A DNA stretch of 64,000 nucleotides from Prochlorococcus sp. AG-409-A10 (GCA_003216175.1 QCJG01000008.1:5166-69165), one strand, 5' to 3'; positions 29,951 through 41,787 are shown, numbered from the stretch's first letter. Translations and numbers: made by a program. The notes: generated by a model from the letters alone, not told the origin.

Positions 29951-32050
29951 GTGAGAAAGTCTTTGGCTAAATTACCCAGCCCAAAAAAACTTTGGAGGAT
30001 ATGGTTAGGGAGTCAATCTCCCAGGCGACCAATACTCCGCTGGTCTGCCACTGACAAGTTAGGTTTACTAATGGTCTGTCTATTAGTAGCAATATTTTCA
30101 AGTTATAAGCTACTTGCTGTTCCCGATCTCAAACCAGGAGATATTGCTCAATTCAATGAAATAGCTCCAAGAGATGCGACGATAATAGACACTAACGCTT
30201 TAAAAAAGAAGAGACAAGGATTTAAAGAAAGTTTTGTACAAGTAATTGACAAGAATCAATCAAGTAATTTAGAGAAAAGTGTTTTGCAGAAAATCAAGAA
30301 ACTTCGTACTTTAAAAGATAATAATTTTGGGGTAGGAATAGATGAATTTAAACCAACAAATCCAGAAAAGATTTGGTTGGTTAATGTTTCAGATGTTGAA
30401 TGGGAAGCCTGGGAAGAAGAGATAAAAAGTGCTTCAAAAAAAATGCTTTCTCAAGGAATTATTAATACACTTGCACTTGATCAACTTAATGAAGCTTCTT
30501 CATTGCAATTAATAAATCTAGGTGAAAAAGATTCTCCAAATAGATCATTAGCTACAAAAATATTATCAAGTAGTTTTTATCAGAAAAGTAATCTAAAAGT
30601 TGATACTTTAAAGACTAATATATTACTTGAAAATTTAATTAATCAAGATGGTGTCAACACTATAAAAGTTAAAGAAGGCAGTATAATATCAAAAAAAGGG
30701 TACCCAATCAGTTCACAAGAATTTGATGTTCTAGAACATTTTAATAAAATAAGTCGAAGTCCAAAGCCCTTAAAGTGGTTAATCACTTTCTCAGAAGCGA
30801 TGGGAAGTTGTGGTTTACTTCTTATGATTATGAGAAGAGAAAAGCCTAGGCTTAAAGCTAAACATGGACTACTATCTTTAACTTTATTATTCGTAGTTCA
30901 AATAACGAAAGATTGGCTTGGACCGCTAGCAAGTCCTATGCAATTAATATTACCCCCAACATTACTTCTTTCGCAAGGGATAGGTACAACAACATCATTA
31001 GCTTGGATGGCCGTTGCTAGTCTAATCTGGCCATCATCTTTTAATGGATTGAGTGAAGTTAGACTAATAATTGCTTGTGTCGCTGGTTCATTTGTTGCAT
31101 TTTTAGGTAGAAGAATGAGAAGCCGTGCACAAGTTCTTCAAATAGCTTTATTTATCCCCTTTGGCGCATTATTAGGTCAATGGTTTATTTTCAATCAAGT
31201 AATTAAGACAGAAAGTTCAGAATTAAATAACCTATCTTTCGATCCTAATTCTCTTTTTAATGAGACTCTTATTATAAGTTCAATATTAATGATAACAATA
31301 TTAATTATTCCAATATTAGAAAATACATTTGGATTACTTACTAAAGCAAGGTTAATGGAACTTGCTGATCAAGAACGTCCTTTACTTCGCCGTTTATCTA
31401 GAGAAGCACCAGGTACATTTGAACATACTTTAACAATTTCAAGTCTCGCAGAGGAGGGAGCGAGAGTCATTGGAGCTGATGTTGACCTTATAAGAACAGG
31501 AGCTCTTTACCATGATGTAGGAAAATTGCATGCTCCTAATTGGTTTATTGAAAATCAAAAAGACGGTATAAACCCACATGAAGAAATAAAAAACCCATAT
31601 AAAAGTGCAGATATTCTTCAAGCCCACGTAGATGAAGGATTGAAGCTTGCGAGAAAATATCGCCTTCCATCACCTATTGCTGATTTCATCCCAGAACATC
31701 AAGGTACTTTAAAAATGGGATATTTTCTGCATAAAGCAAGAGAGAGTGATCCTTCTGCCTCGGAAAACCGTTTCAGATATAAAGGACCTATTCCTCATTC
31801 AAAAGAGACAGGTATCCTTATGCTTGCGGATGGATGCGAAGCAGCATTAAGAGCTCTTGACGCTTCTTCTTCAGACAATGAAGCTTGCAAAACAGTTAGA
31901 AAAATAATTCAATCTCGTCAGATTGACGGCCAATTAAAAGAAAGCAGTTTAACGAGAGCAGAAATAGAAATAATCCTTAGGGCTTTTGTCTCTGTATGGA
32001 GAAGAATGCGTCATAGACGTTTAAAATATCCCAGCTTTAATTCAAGGTAA
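29951..32050 (+). CDS. 7TM-HDIG phosphohydrolase, PgpH-like putative c-di-AMP phosphodiesterase
   Basis: N-terminal TM, soluble domain, TM cluster, then EAPGTFEHT, GALYHDVGK, EHQGT, FRYKGP.P, MLADGCEAA. Confidence 0.85.
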   Translation: MRKSLAKLPSPKKLWRIWLGSQSPRRPILRWSATDKLGLLMVCLLVAIFSSYKLLAVPDLKPGDIAQFNEIAPRDATIIDTNALKKKRQGFKESFVQVIDKNQSSNLEKSVLQKIKKLRTLKDNNFGVGIDEFKPTNPEKIWLVNVSDVEWEAWEEEIKSASKKMLSQGIINTLALDQLNEASSLQLINLGEKDSPNRSLATKILSSSFYQKSNLKVDTLKTNILLENLINQDGVNTIKVKEGSIISKKGYPISSQEFDVLEHFNKISRSPKPLKWLITFSEAMGSCGLLLMIMRREKPRLKAKHGLLSLTLLFVVQITKDWLGPLASPMQLILPPTLLLSQGIGTTTSLAWMAVASLIWPSSFNGLSEVRLIIACVAGSFVAFLGRRMRSRAQVLQIALFIPFGALLGQWFIFNQVIKTESSELNNLSFDPNSLFNETLIISSILMITILIIPILENTFGLLTKARLMELADQERPLLRRLSREAPGTFEHTLTISSLAEEGARVIGADVDLIRTGALYHDVGKLHAPNWFIENQKDGINPHEEIKNPYKSADILQAHVDEGLKLARKYRLPSPIADFIPEHQGTLKMGYFLHKARESDPSASENRFRYKGPIPHSKETGILMLADGCEAALRALDASSSDNEACKTVRKIIQSRQIDGQLKESSLTRAEIEIILRAFVSVWRRMRHRRLKYPSFNSR

Positions 32051-32089
32051 GAAACTATCAGATTAGTTTATTTAGATATCCAATATGAC

Positions 32090-32479
32090 TTAAAGCCTTA
32101 TTCGTCTATGGCCTCTTCTACACCAATAAAGTAAGGCTAATAAATTAAGCAAAGCGATTAACAAAGACAACCCACTAATACCAAAAAGATCATTGACTTT
32201 AATTAATCTGATTATTCCATAAGGCAAAGTTCCTGAAAGAGTCATAGATAAAGCAACTATTGATAAAATCACTCCCCATCCTCTTTGAGCGAATAAACCT
32301 GCTGAAGCAACAATTCCGGTTATTGCAGCTGGCCAAGCAAGACTAATAGCAAGGGTTATATTTGCAGCTTGAAGGGGAGGCCCTGATCCAACTACATAAG
32401 CAATAAAAGGGATTGCAAGTGTATTTGAGATCAAACCAAACCAAGTAAGCGTCCAGTACCCGCGCATTACTGAACCCAT
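32090..32479 (-). CDS. Small integral membrane protein with about 4 TM segments
   Basis: 129-aa ORF, four hydrophobic segments, basic C-tail. Confidence 0.7.
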   Translation of the reverse strand: MGSVMRGYWTLTWFGLISNTLAIPFIAYVVGSGPPLQAANITLAISLAWPAAITGIVASAGLFAQRGWGVILSIVALSMTLSGTLPYGIIRLIKVNDLFGISGLSLLIALLNLLALLYWCRRGHRRIRL

Positions 32480-32534
32480 TTTTAAAAAAATGTTCTCTTG
32501 AAAAAAATCATAAGAATGACATTAATAATTTATT

Positions 32535-32774
32535 TCATGCGATTAAAGGTTCTAAACAATTAGATGGATAACAAACAGTTCTCCAAGTTCCATTCCCTGC
32601 AAGGACTTCTACACCGATACCTCTATCTTTAATTGTGCAACTCAACCCTTGACCATTGCACCACACTTTTGCTGCTTTAAGTGCTGCATCAATACTTTCA
32701 TATGGAGCATCTAGAACATGATGAGGAGATCCATCAAGACCTGTAAGTCTGTAAAGATTTCTTTTAAAAGCCAT
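32535..32774 (-). CDS. Conserved hypothetical protein, 79 aa
   Basis: Fills the gap between co-oriented genes; globular composition (YRLTGLDGSPHHVLDAPYES, GIGVEV..NGTWRTVCYP). Confidence 0.65.
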   Translation of the reverse strand: MAFKRNLYRLTGLDGSPHHVLDAPYESIDAALKAAKVWCNGQGLSCTIKDRGIGVEVLAGNGTWRTVCYPSNCLEPLIA

Positions 32775-32913
32775 TTATGTGCGCATATCAAATCGTCACA
32801 TCACATCATAATCCATAATCTTTGATTAATAGAAAAGTGTGATTTATCTAAAAAAATTTACGGAACCCTTCGAATATTTATATAGAAAGTTGAAAAAATT
32901 AATCGAAAAGTTA

Positions 32914-34533
32914 TTAAATCCCTTTTTTGTCGGCCTGGGCCAAATCATGCTGTGGATGAATGGAGTTCCTTCCCTGAGCAGCTACTAATCTATTAAGAGC
33001 ATTTATATAAGCTTGGGCGGCTGCAACAACAACATCAGTATCAGCAGAATGTCCAGAGAAGAGGTTCCCATCTCTTCTTATTCGAATCGTAACTTCTCCT
33101 AAAGCATCTATTCCTTCTGTAACTGACTTTACGGAGAATTCAATCAATTCATTAGGTTCTTCAGTTAGAGAATCCAAAGCTCGCACAACTGCATCAACAG
33201 GACCTGTCCCTATTGAGACGGCAGTTTTTTCCTCTCCCTCTTCTCCAACAACAGTTACTGTTGCAGTAGGCATTAGAGATGTTCCACAACTTACTTGGAC
33301 AAGTTTCAATTCGAACAAAGCCTCTGGCAGTTGAACTTGTTCACTAACAATGGCCTCTAGATCACGATCTGTTATCTCTCTTTTCCTATCGGCTAAGTCT
33401 TTAAATCTAGCGAAAGCATCATTAAGATCTTCTCTATTCAAATCGTATCCAAGGTCTTCTAATCTAGCTCGAACAGCACTCCTACCACTCAATTTCCCCA
33501 AAGAAATTTTGTTATCGGACAACCCAACTGTTTTTGCATCGATAATTTCATATGTAAGCCTATTTTTTAAAACTCCATCTTGATGTATTCCAGATTCATG
33601 CGCAAAAGCGTTTGCTCCAACTATTGCTTTATTTGGTTGTACAACCATCCCAGTCAAATTTGAAACCAAACGAGAGGACTTAGTTATTTCCTCTGTTCTA
33701 ACTGCTGTTAAAGGGGTAGGGGACTGAGGGGACCTGCCAAAAAACGGATTAAAATATGATCTTCTTACATGAAGAGCCATAATCAATTCTTCTAAAGCAG
33801 CATTACCAGCTCTCTCTCCAATTCCGTTAATAGTACATTCAAGCTGCCTAGCTCCATTCTTAACAGCCTCAAGGAAGTTTGCGACAGCTAGTCCTAGATC
33901 ATTATGACCATGAACAGAGAGAACTGCTTCATTGATATTTGGAACATTTTTATTGATTTTTAATATTAAATCTCCAAATTCAGAAGGGGTTGTATAACCA
34001 ACTGTATCTGGAATATTTATAGTATTAGCTCCTGAAGAAATGGCTAATTCGATTACTTCATAAAGAAAATCTAGATCACTTCTTGCGGCATCTTCACAAG
34101 AAAATTCAACATCATCTACAAAACTTTTAGCATAACCAACCATATCAGGAACGATTTCAAGAACTTCTTTTCTGGACTTTCTTAATTTATGTTCAAGATG
34201 AATATCACTGGTTGCAATGAAGGTATGAATCCTTTTCTTTGGGGCTGGAGCAATCGCCTCAGCACAAGCTTTGATATCAGGTTTTGAGGCTCTTGATAGT
34301 CCGCAAATGATAGGTCCTTCTTCTCCTCCTACATGCTCAGCTATTTTCTGGACTGCAGCGAAATCCCCAGCGCTAGCGAAAGGGAATCCTGCCTCAATAA
34401 CATCAACTCCTAATCTTGCTAATTGTTGCGCAATAGCCAACTTTTCTTCTAAATTAAGACTCGCACCAGGGGATTGTTCTCCATCCCTTAAAGTGGTATC
34501 GAAAATTAAGACTCGGCCTGGATCTTTGGCCAT
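32914..34533 (-). CDS. leuA: 2-isopropylmalate synthase
   Basis: [48 protein letters not shown], regulatory domain GTGPVDA. Confidence 0.97.
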   Translation of the reverse strand: MAKDPGRVLIFDTTLRDGEQSPGASLNLEEKLAIAQQLARLGVDVIEAGFPFASAGDFAAVQKIAEHVGGEEGPIICGLSRASKPDIKACAEAIAPAPKKRIHTFIATSDIHLEHKLRKSRKEVLEIVPDMVGYAKSFVDDVEFSCEDAARSDLDFLYEVIELAISSGANTINIPDTVGYTTPSEFGDLILKINKNVPNINEAVLSVHGHNDLGLAVANFLEAVKNGARQLECTINGIGERAGNAALEELIMALHVRRSYFNPFFGRSPQSPTPLTAVRTEEITKSSRLVSNLTGMVVQPNKAIVGANAFAHESGIHQDGVLKNRLTYEIIDAKTVGLSDNKISLGKLSGRSAVRARLEDLGYDLNREDLNDAFARFKDLADRKREITDRDLEAIVSEQVQLPEALFELKLVQVSCGTSLMPTATVTVVGEEGEEKTAVSIGTGPVDAVVRALDSLTEEPNELIEFSVKSVTEGIDALGEVTIRIRRDGNLFSGHSADTDVVVAAAQAYINALNRLVAAQGRNSIHPQHDLAQADKKGI

Positions 34534-34848
34534 AACATGAAATATATAAAGATAATTAGACCTTATTAAGATCTATATGAATTTATTTAATTGTAGTATA
34601 TGCATCTCAAATTTCTACAAAGACTATTATCTTTAAAATCATTAGTTGTTCTTTTTTTATTTTTAAATATTAAATACTACAGATTGGATATAAAATCGAA
34701 ATAAAAACTCTAAGTAATAAATAAAAAAATAATTGTTTTATAGTATCTAATTTTACTAGTTTTAAATAATAACTTAAAGTTTATCTTTTATAGCGCTTCT
34801 AAAGAGTATAAGTATCCAAGGATCAAATCCAACATTCTGTGAGTTTTA

Positions 34849-36414
34849 ATGACTAAAGGCAATCTCGCCATAGTCCTGCATGCCCATCTACCTTACGTGC
34901 GATCAGAAGAACCTGGCTCCTTAGAAGAGGACTGGTTCTTTCAAGCTCTAGTGGAATGTTATTTACCACTTTTAGAAACACTTGAGAATAGCGCTAGAGC
35001 AAAAGGTCAAGCACCTAAAATCACAATAGGCTTATCGCCTACTTTGCTTTCTCTCTTAGAAGATCAGGTATTAAAAAATCGATTTGAAAAATGGGTAACT
35101 ATAAGATTAGAAGTTCTCAAGAGCTTACAGAAAGACTGCATAAAAGCAGTTTCACACTTGAAAGAGCATTTAAAACACCAGCTAAAAAGCTGGAAGAATT
35201 GTCAAGGTGATCTAATAGGAAGATTTAAGAAACTACAAACATCAGGTGTGATTGATATTCTCACTTGTGCAGCTACTCATGGATATCTTCCACTTTTAAG
35301 AGAAAATCCTGAGGCCGTCAGAGCTCAATTAAAAACTGCCGTTACAGAACATAAGCGCCTTTTCATGAGCTCTCCATTGGGTATTTGGTTACCTGAATGT
35401 GCATATTACGAAGGCTTAGATGAATTAATGGCTGAATCAGGATTGAGATATGCAGTTCTTGATGGTCATGGGTTGTTGAATGCAGATCCAAGGCCAAGAT
35501 ATGGTCTATATGCTCCTATCTGCACAAGAAGAGGAGTAGCCTTTTTTGGTAGAGATAGTGAATCAACTCTTCCAGTCTGGTCAGCAAGAGATGGATATCC
35601 AGGCAATCCAAACTACAGAGAATTCCATAGAGACTTAGGCTGGGATTTATCGATAGAGAGTCTCAAAAAGATAGGAATTAATGAAAAAAGGCCCCTAGGA
35701 ATTAAATTATTTAAAATTTCATCTAAAAATACATCTTTAGAAAACAAGCAAGAATATGACCCACAAGCGGCAAAAGAAAGTGTTGAAAAAGATGCAGAAA
35801 ATTATTTAAAGGAGAGAAAGAAACAACTTATAAAACTTGGGGAATCAATACAAATAGATCCATTACTCATCGCTCCTTTTGATGCAGAACTTTTTGGGCA
35901 TTGGTGGTTTGAAGGTCCGCAATTCCTCTCTCAGTTATTTATTAAATCTAAAGAAGAAGGTATTAAATTAATTACCTTAAAAGAGGCTCTTCAAATAACA
36001 CCAAAAATCCAATTATGCAATCCTTCTCCATCAAGTTGGGGGCAAGGTGGTTTTCATAATTATTGGTTAAACAAGTCAAATGCATGGATTGTTCATGAAT
36101 GGAGTAAAGCAGGAAGAGAAATGGTAAGTATTTGTTCAGAGGGTTTAATAGAAGAATCAAATATCAAGATCATTAAACAAGCTGGAAGAGAACTTTTACT
36201 ATGTCAATCATCAGATTGGAGTTTCATTCTCAAGGCAGGAACAACTACTGAGCTTGCAAGAGAAAGAATAAATTTGCATCTAAAAAGGTTTTGGGTATTA
36301 ATCAATGCAATAAAAGACAATAAAATTATAAATGAAACAAATCTAGAAGAAATAGAAAAAGAAGATTGTATATTTCCTTTAATTTCTCCTATAGATTGGA
36401 AGAAGAAAATCTAA
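34849..36414 (+). CDS. Glycoside hydrolase family 57 (DUF1957), branching-enzyme type
   Basis: LHAHLPYV, WLPECAY (nucleophile Glu), PFDAELFGHWW (acid/base Asp), QSSDWSF. Confidence 0.9.
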   Translation: MTKGNLAIVLHAHLPYVRSEEPGSLEEDWFFQALVECYLPLLETLENSARAKGQAPKITIGLSPTLLSLLEDQVLKNRFEKWVTIRLEVLKSLQKDCIKAVSHLKEHLKHQLKSWKNCQGDLIGRFKKLQTSGVIDILTCAATHGYLPLLRENPEAVRAQLKTAVTEHKRLFMSSPLGIWLPECAYYEGLDELMAESGLRYAVLDGHGLLNADPRPRYGLYAPICTRRGVAFFGRDSESTLPVWSARDGYPGNPNYREFHRDLGWDLSIESLKKIGINEKRPLGIKLFKISSKNTSLENKQEYDPQAAKESVEKDAENYLKERKKQLIKLGESIQIDPLLIAPFDAELFGHWWFEGPQFLSQLFIKSKEEGIKLITLKEALQITPKIQLCNPSPSSWGQGGFHNYWLNKSNAWIVHEWSKAGREMVSICSEGLIEESNIKIIKQAGRELLLCQSSDWSFILKAGTTTELARERINLHLKRFWVLINAIKDNKIINETNLEEIEKEDCIFPLISPIDWKKKI

Positions 36415-36422
36415 ATTTTTTC

Positions 36423-37655
36423 TTACTTTTTTACTAGAAAACCAATCATCCCTAATCTGACTTTAGATGGGGCAATATAAAATAATCTAAGCATAACTAT
36501 AAATAGTCTTGGCAAAGGAAGCGTATTAGTTAAATATCCATACCAATCTTTTTTTGGTAATTTAAAAAAAGTATCAAAAAAGGATCTTAATAAGGATTCA
36601 TCGAAACTCATTAGTCTTTGAAGACCAAACTGATAAAGACGATGTCTTTGAACTAATTCAGATGTCCATAGGGTTTTCCATCCTCTTTTGGCTATCTGAG
36701 ATGTAGACATAAGAGAATCTTTTTTGATTACTTTTGCTATCTCCCTTGCTAATGATGGTGCTCTCCTCAAAAGAGATCCAACAAGATATCCCGAAGCAGG
36801 ATGAACCATACTGGCAGAGCCCCCAAAGGCTAAAAGAGGTTGATCTCTATAAGGCAATGGCAAGTTCATTGGAAAAAGACAATGTTCTTCATGAATGATT
36901 TCTTCAATTTGAATACCTTTGTTAGATAGTCGTGAAATTAATCTTGCTTTTAATGATTCAAATGAAACTGGAGGTGCACACGCCAAAGATGTTTCTTCAA
37001 CAAAATAACTCCCGTCTCCCAGATCCATAGCATAAAGAAAGGAAGGTGGCTCTTCCAATTCATTGGCGTTTAAATGGTCTGGTCTAAAATCCATTAATAC
37101 GAAACGATTCTTCTCTACAGGAGCAGAACTAAATTTTCCAACTACCCCATAGGCCGCCTGCTTAGCTATTTGATCATGCTTAGGTCTTCTAATAAAGGGG
37201 CTTTTGTGACCACTTGCATCGATAACGAGCCTAGCAAAATATTTTTTTCCAGAAGTGCACATTACAACCGTTTCTCTTTCACTAAAATCAATATTTTCAA
37301 CAGTTTCTACTTGCCAAGAAAGTCCATTACATCGCTCAAGAAGAGCCGCTTGAAAATTAATTGAATTAAAAAGACCGTAATCAAGATAATGATCTGTACA
37401 AATATTACCCTTTTTACTTAATCCATCTCCGAAGAAGCTAACAGTATCTTTCCATCTATATTTCAATAATTCTTGCATATTTAAAGACTCAAGTTCAGAT
37501 GCCCAGATCCCATAAGTATTTGGCCAAGGTTCTAAAGGAGACTTAGAAGCTATTGCCTGAACATTAAGTCCTTGTTGAACCAACTCAGCAGTGATGCAAA
37601 GAGCCGCTGGTCCTGCTCCCATAACTAATACATCAGCAGAATTATTCAATTTCAA
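36423..37655 (-). CDS. crtL: Lycopene cyclase (CrtL type, probably beta-cyclase)
   Basis: GAGPA dinucleotide motif, [30 protein letters not shown]. Confidence 0.88.
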   Translation of the reverse strand: MKLNNSADVLVMGAGPAALCITAELVQQGLNVQAIASKSPLEPWPNTYGIWASELESLNMQELLKYRWKDTVSFFGDGLSKKGNICTDHYLDYGLFNSINFQAALLERCNGLSWQVETVENIDFSERETVVMCTSGKKYFARLVIDASGHKSPFIRRPKHDQIAKQAAYGVVGKFSSAPVEKNRFVLMDFRPDHLNANELEEPPSFLYAMDLGDGSYFVEETSLACAPPVSFESLKARLISRLSNKGIQIEEIIHEEHCLFPMNLPLPYRDQPLLAFGGSASMVHPASGYLVGSLLRRAPSLAREIAKVIKKDSLMSTSQIAKRGWKTLWTSELVQRHRLYQFGLQRLMSFDESLLRSFFDTFFKLPKKDWYGYLTNTLPLPRLFIVMLRLFYIAPSKVRLGMIGFLVKK

Positions 37656-40273
37656 TTTTTTGACGATGGGTCATTATTTATTGATTCCTGCTTTGTAGAT
37701 AATTCTTTTTCATCATCATCATCATTAATTTGTTCTGGAGGAACTAAAACAACTTCTGACAACTTATCTCCATTATCAAGCTTCTGAATTCTTACACCAG
37801 TTGCAGCTCTAGATTGTTGGGAAATCTTATCTGCACTAGTTCTAACAATTACGCCTCTTTCACTAACTAATAATAATTCTTCTCCTTTGCCTAGAACCCT
37901 TAGTCCTACAAGTTCATCTCCATCTTTTCTAAATTTTATTGCTCTTAAACCCATTCCTGCTCTTTTTTGCAAGCGAAATTGTGTCACAGGGACTCTTTTC
38001 CCTAGCCCGCTTCCAGAGGCAACCAGTACCCAAGGGCCTTCGGATTCTGATGAATCATCCTGTAGATCTTCTTCTTCACTTTTATCAACATGATCGGCCA
38101 ACTCAGTCGATAAAACATCCATACTTACAAGAGAATCTCCAGCTTTAAGATTCATGGACTTAACCCCTCTTGCTGATCTGCCTAAAGGGCGTAATTCAGA
38201 ATCATTTAATCTAAAATGAATTGTCATTCCATTTTTAGAACCAATCAAAACACTATCTCCAGACTCAGCTAATCGAACCCAAGTCAAAGCATCTCCATCC
38301 TCTAAACCTATTGCAATTAATCCATTTGCTCTAATCTTGCTGAAAGCTGAAAGAGGTGTTCTTTTTATATACCCCCCCCTAGTAAGCATCAATAAATAGT
38401 TTTCATCATCAAAAGAACTCACAGAAAGCAATGAAGTAATAGCTTCTTCCCTTGGAATCGGAAGTAATTGAACAATAGGAGTGCCTTTTGCAGTTCTACT
38501 ACATTGAGGAACTCTGTAAGCAGGAAGAGCATAAGCAACTCCTCTATCACTAAAAAGGAGGAGGCTGTCATGGTCATTACAACTAATAAATTTTTTCACC
38601 TCTTCCTCTCCTTGGCTTCGCGTTCCTGCTTTACCTCTAGTACCTCGACTTGTTGCTTCAAATTCATTAACAGGCATCCTCTTTAAATATCCTGTCTCGG
38701 TCAACAAAACTACTGATCTTTCATTCGCTATTAAATCAATATCCTCAAGGCCTCCTCCAAGATCAAGAATTTCTGTTCTTCTTGGAGTATTATATTTTTC
38801 TTTTATTTCATTTAATTCTATTTTTGTTATTTCAAATACCCTTTCTTTCTTATTTAAAATATCTTTTAAATCTATGATTTTTCTAACTAAATCCTCATGT
38901 TCAAGTCTTATTTTATCTGCCTCTAAAGCGGTCAATCTTCTTAACTGCATCTGCAAAATTGCATCTGACTGAATATCTGTTAAGCCATGCAGTTCTTGTA
39001 ATTTACTTTTAGCAGTAGCAGAGTCAGAGGCTGATCTTATAAGACTAATTATCTCATCTAACTGATCTAAAGCTAATAATAATCCTAATAATATATGATC
39101 TCTACTCTCTGCCTTCTTCAAAAGATATTTAGTTCTTTTTTCAATAGTTTCAACTCTAAAATCTAAGAAAACTTGTAACATCTTTCTTAGTGATAGTATA
39201 ATAGGCTCACCATTAACTAATGCAAGCATATTGGCACTAAAATTAGTCTGTAAAGGAGTAAGTTTAAATAAATTATTTAAAACAACTTGAGGGTAAGAAT
39301 CTCTTCTTAATTCAACAACAATTCTCATTCCATCTCTATCACTTTCATCTCTAATATCTGCAATACCTTCAAGTTTTTTATCGTTTACCATATCAGCGAT
39401 TCGCTCTATTAATCCTGCTTTATTTGTTTGGTAAGGAAGTGCAGTAATTATGACTGCATCTCTATCTGGTCTTCCTGGATTTTCAATGGTTTCTATTTCC
39501 GCGACACCACGCATTGTGATCGAACCTCTACCAGAAAGATATGTTTCCTTAATTCCACTTCTGCCAAGTATTTGCCCCCCAGTCGGAAAATCTGGGCCTT
39601 TAATTATATTCATTAACTCTATTTCTTCTAACTCAGGATTATTAATTAAAGCCATCAATCCATCAATCAATTCGACCAAATTATGGGGTGGTATGTTGGT
39701 TGCCATACCTACCGCTATTCCAGAAGAACCATTCAACAACAATTGAGGAATTCTTGCCGGCAAGACTGTTGGCTCTTGTACAGATCCATCAAAATTATCG
39801 GCGAAATCAACTGTTTCAGATTCAATATCTTCAAGCAAGCTATCAGTGGTTAAAGATTGCAATCTGGACTCTGTATATCTCATTGCAGCAGGTGGATCAT
39901 TATCAACAGATCCAAAATTCCCATGCCCATCAATTAAAGGCATCTGCATAGAAAAATCTTGCGCCATTCTGACCAAAGCGTCATAAACGGCGGTATCACC
40001 ATGGGGATGAAATTTTCCTAAAACTTCTCCAACCACACGTGCGCATTTCCTGTATGGCCTATCACTAGTTAATCCAAGTTCATACATCGCATATAAAATT
40101 CTTCGATGAACTGGCTTAAGTCCATCTCTAGAATCAGGTAATGCTCTCCCAACAATCACACTCATCGCGTATTCCAAGTAGGAACGCGACATTTCGTTTC
40201 TTAAGTCAGTCTGAATGATCCGATCGTCGGATTCCCCGGGACCAGTACTATTAGGTCCCAATGGATCAGCCAT
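37652..40273 (-). CDS. gyrA: DNA gyrase subunit A
   Basis: [39 protein letters not shown] (catalytic Tyr), beta-pinwheel C-terminal repeats. Confidence 0.96.
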   Translation of the reverse strand: MADPLGPNSTGPGESDDRIIQTDLRNEMSRSYLEYAMSVIVGRALPDSRDGLKPVHRRILYAMYELGLTSDRPYRKCARVVGEVLGKFHPHGDTAVYDALVRMAQDFSMQMPLIDGHGNFGSVDNDPPAAMRYTESRLQSLTTDSLLEDIESETVDFADNFDGSVQEPTVLPARIPQLLLNGSSGIAVGMATNIPPHNLVELIDGLMALINNPELEEIELMNIIKGPDFPTGGQILGRSGIKETYLSGRGSITMRGVAEIETIENPGRPDRDAVIITALPYQTNKAGLIERIADMVNDKKLEGIADIRDESDRDGMRIVVELRRDSYPQVVLNNLFKLTPLQTNFSANMLALVNGEPIILSLRKMLQVFLDFRVETIEKRTKYLLKKAESRDHILLGLLLALDQLDEIISLIRSASDSATAKSKLQELHGLTDIQSDAILQMQLRRLTALEADKIRLEHEDLVRKIIDLKDILNKKERVFEITKIELNEIKEKYNTPRRTEILDLGGGLEDIDLIANERSVVLLTETGYLKRMPVNEFEATSRGTRGKAGTRSQGEEEVKKFISCNDHDSLLLFSDRGVAYALPAYRVPQCSRTAKGTPIVQLLPIPREEAITSLLSVSSFDDENYLLMLTRGGYIKRTPLSAFSKIRANGLIAIGLEDGDALTWVRLAESGDSVLIGSKNGMTIHFRLNDSELRPLGRSARGVKSMNLKAGDSLVSMDVLSTELADHVDKSEEEDLQDDSSESEGPWVLVASGSGLGKRVPVTQFRLQKRAGMGLRAIKFRKDGDELVGLRVLGKGEELLLVSERGVIVRTSADKISQQSRAATGVRIQKLDNGDKLSEVVLVPPEQINDDDDEKELSTKQESINNDPSSKN

Positions 40274-40516
40274 ATATTAGGGTTTTACCAATTATAAGAA
40301 CATCTGAGCATTAATAAACCTTTTAAAGTAAATAACCATATATCTGAAAGTAAATCACTTCTAAATAAAATCATCAATTACAAAAATATGGTACAAATTA
40401 CTCACAAAGCATTCATAAATCAGAAGAAATAAACAAAATCTTGATTATCTATTCCCAACATTTGCTCAATTTGGCACTTCAGTTGGTAGTTTGACGAGAA
40501 CTTACATAATTTAGGT

Positions 40517-41680
40517 GTGAATATTCAACTAGGACGCACCAAAACTGTTCGAAGGGCCTACGGAATTGATGAAATTGCATTAGTTCCAGGAGAAAGAACA
40601 GTTGACCCTGAAATCACAAAAACCAAATGGGAAATCGGTGGGATAGAGAGAGATATTCCCATAATCGCAAGCGCGATGGATGGAGTTGTAGATGTAAACA
40701 TGGCAGTCGCTCTATCAAAATTAGGGGCTCTAGGTGTTTTAAATCTAGAAGGAGTCCAAACCAGATATGAAGATCCAGAAGAAGTCCTAACCAAAATCCA
40801 ATCAATAGGAAAAGAGGAATTTGTGCCTCTAATGCAAGAAATTTATAAGCAACCTATAAAAGAAGAATTAATTTTAAAAAGAATTCAAGAGATAAAAAAT
40901 AGTGGGGGTATTGCGGCTGTAAGCGGGACTCCATTAGCTGCAATCAAGTATAAAGGCCTAGTCAAAGACTCAGGTGCAGATTTATTTTTCCTTCAGGCGA
41001 CAGTAGTTTCAACAGAACACCTGGGCAAAGAGGGCAGCCAAAATCTTGACCTTTTTGATCTTTGCGAAAACATTGGCATACCCGTTGCAGTCGGTAATTG
41101 CGTCACATACGAAGTTTCTCTAAAGCTTATGAGAGCAGGAGCAGCAGCAGTAATGGTTGGAATTGGGCCTGGAGCAGCATGCACCTCAAGGGGAGTGTTA
41201 GGAGTTGGTATCCCTCAAGCAACTGCCATATCTGATTGTGCTGCTGCAAGGGATGATTTTCAAAAAGAAAGCGGAAAATATATTCCAATTATTGCTGATG
41301 GTGGAATTATAACTGGTGGGGATATTTGCAAATGCATAGCTTGTGGTGCCGACTCAGTCATGATTGGTTCCCCAATTGCAAGGTCTAAAGAAGCTCCTGG
41401 GAAAGGTTTTCATTGGGGCATGGCAACGCCAAGTCCAGTGCTACCAAGAGGTACTAGGATTAAAGTTGGAACGACAGGAAGTTTGAAAAGTATTCTTTGT
41501 GGCCCTGCAATACTTGATGATGGCACCCACAATCTATTAGGGGCGATAAAAACCTCTATGGGGACACTGGGAGCTACGGATCTCAGAGAAATGCAAAAAG
41601 TTCAAGTAGTTATTGCACCTTCTTTGTTAACAGAAGGAAAAGTTTACCAAAAAGCACAACAACTTGGAATGGGAAAATAA
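40517..41680 (+). CDS. guaB: IMP dehydrogenase family protein (GuaB3 type)
   Basis: YGIDEIALVP, IIASAMDG, GIGPGAACTS (catalytic Cys), IIADGG, HWGMA. Confidence 0.93.
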   Translation: MNIQLGRTKTVRRAYGIDEIALVPGERTVDPEITKTKWEIGGIERDIPIIASAMDGVVDVNMAVALSKLGALGVLNLEGVQTRYEDPEEVLTKIQSIGKEEFVPLMQEIYKQPIKEELILKRIQEIKNSGGIAAVSGTPLAAIKYKGLVKDSGADLFFLQATVVSTEHLGKEGSQNLDLFDLCENIGIPVAVGNCVTYEVSLKLMRAGAAAVMVGIGPGAACTSRGVLGVGIPQATAISDCAAARDDFQKESGKYIPIIADGGIITGGDICKCIACGADSVMIGSPIARSKEAPGKGFHWGMATPSPVLPRGTRIKVGTTGSLKSILCGPAILDDGTHNLLGAIKTSMGTLGATDLREMQKVQVVIAPSLLTEGKVYQKAQQLGMGK

Positions 41681-41715
41681 AGCTACCGAAAGATTTCAGA
41701 ATTAGATTCAATGGC

Positions 41716-41721
41716 TAGAAT
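41716..41721 (+). promoter_or_regulatory. -10 element of yfr1
   Basis: TAGAAT six nt upstream of the first Yfr1 hairpin. Confidence 0.65.
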
Positions 41722-41726
41722 TGAGC

Positions 41727-41787
41727 AGTGAGAGCCTTTGCTCTCACACTCCTCACACACAAAAATGCCCGATTTCTTCGGGTTTTT
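41727..41787 (+). ncRNA. yfr1: Yfr1 small RNA
   Basis: Hairpin GTGAGAGC-CTTT-GCTCTCAC, invariant ACTCCTCACAC at 41748-41758, terminator CCCGA-TTTCT-TCGGG-TTTTT; canonical position between guaB and trxA. Confidence 0.93.

Noticed and set aside
34534-34848. Search for a leuA attenuator or leader peptide in the 315-bp gap
   Set aside because: No Leu-rich short ORF or terminator/antiterminator pair seen; simply very AT-rich divergent promoter DNA.
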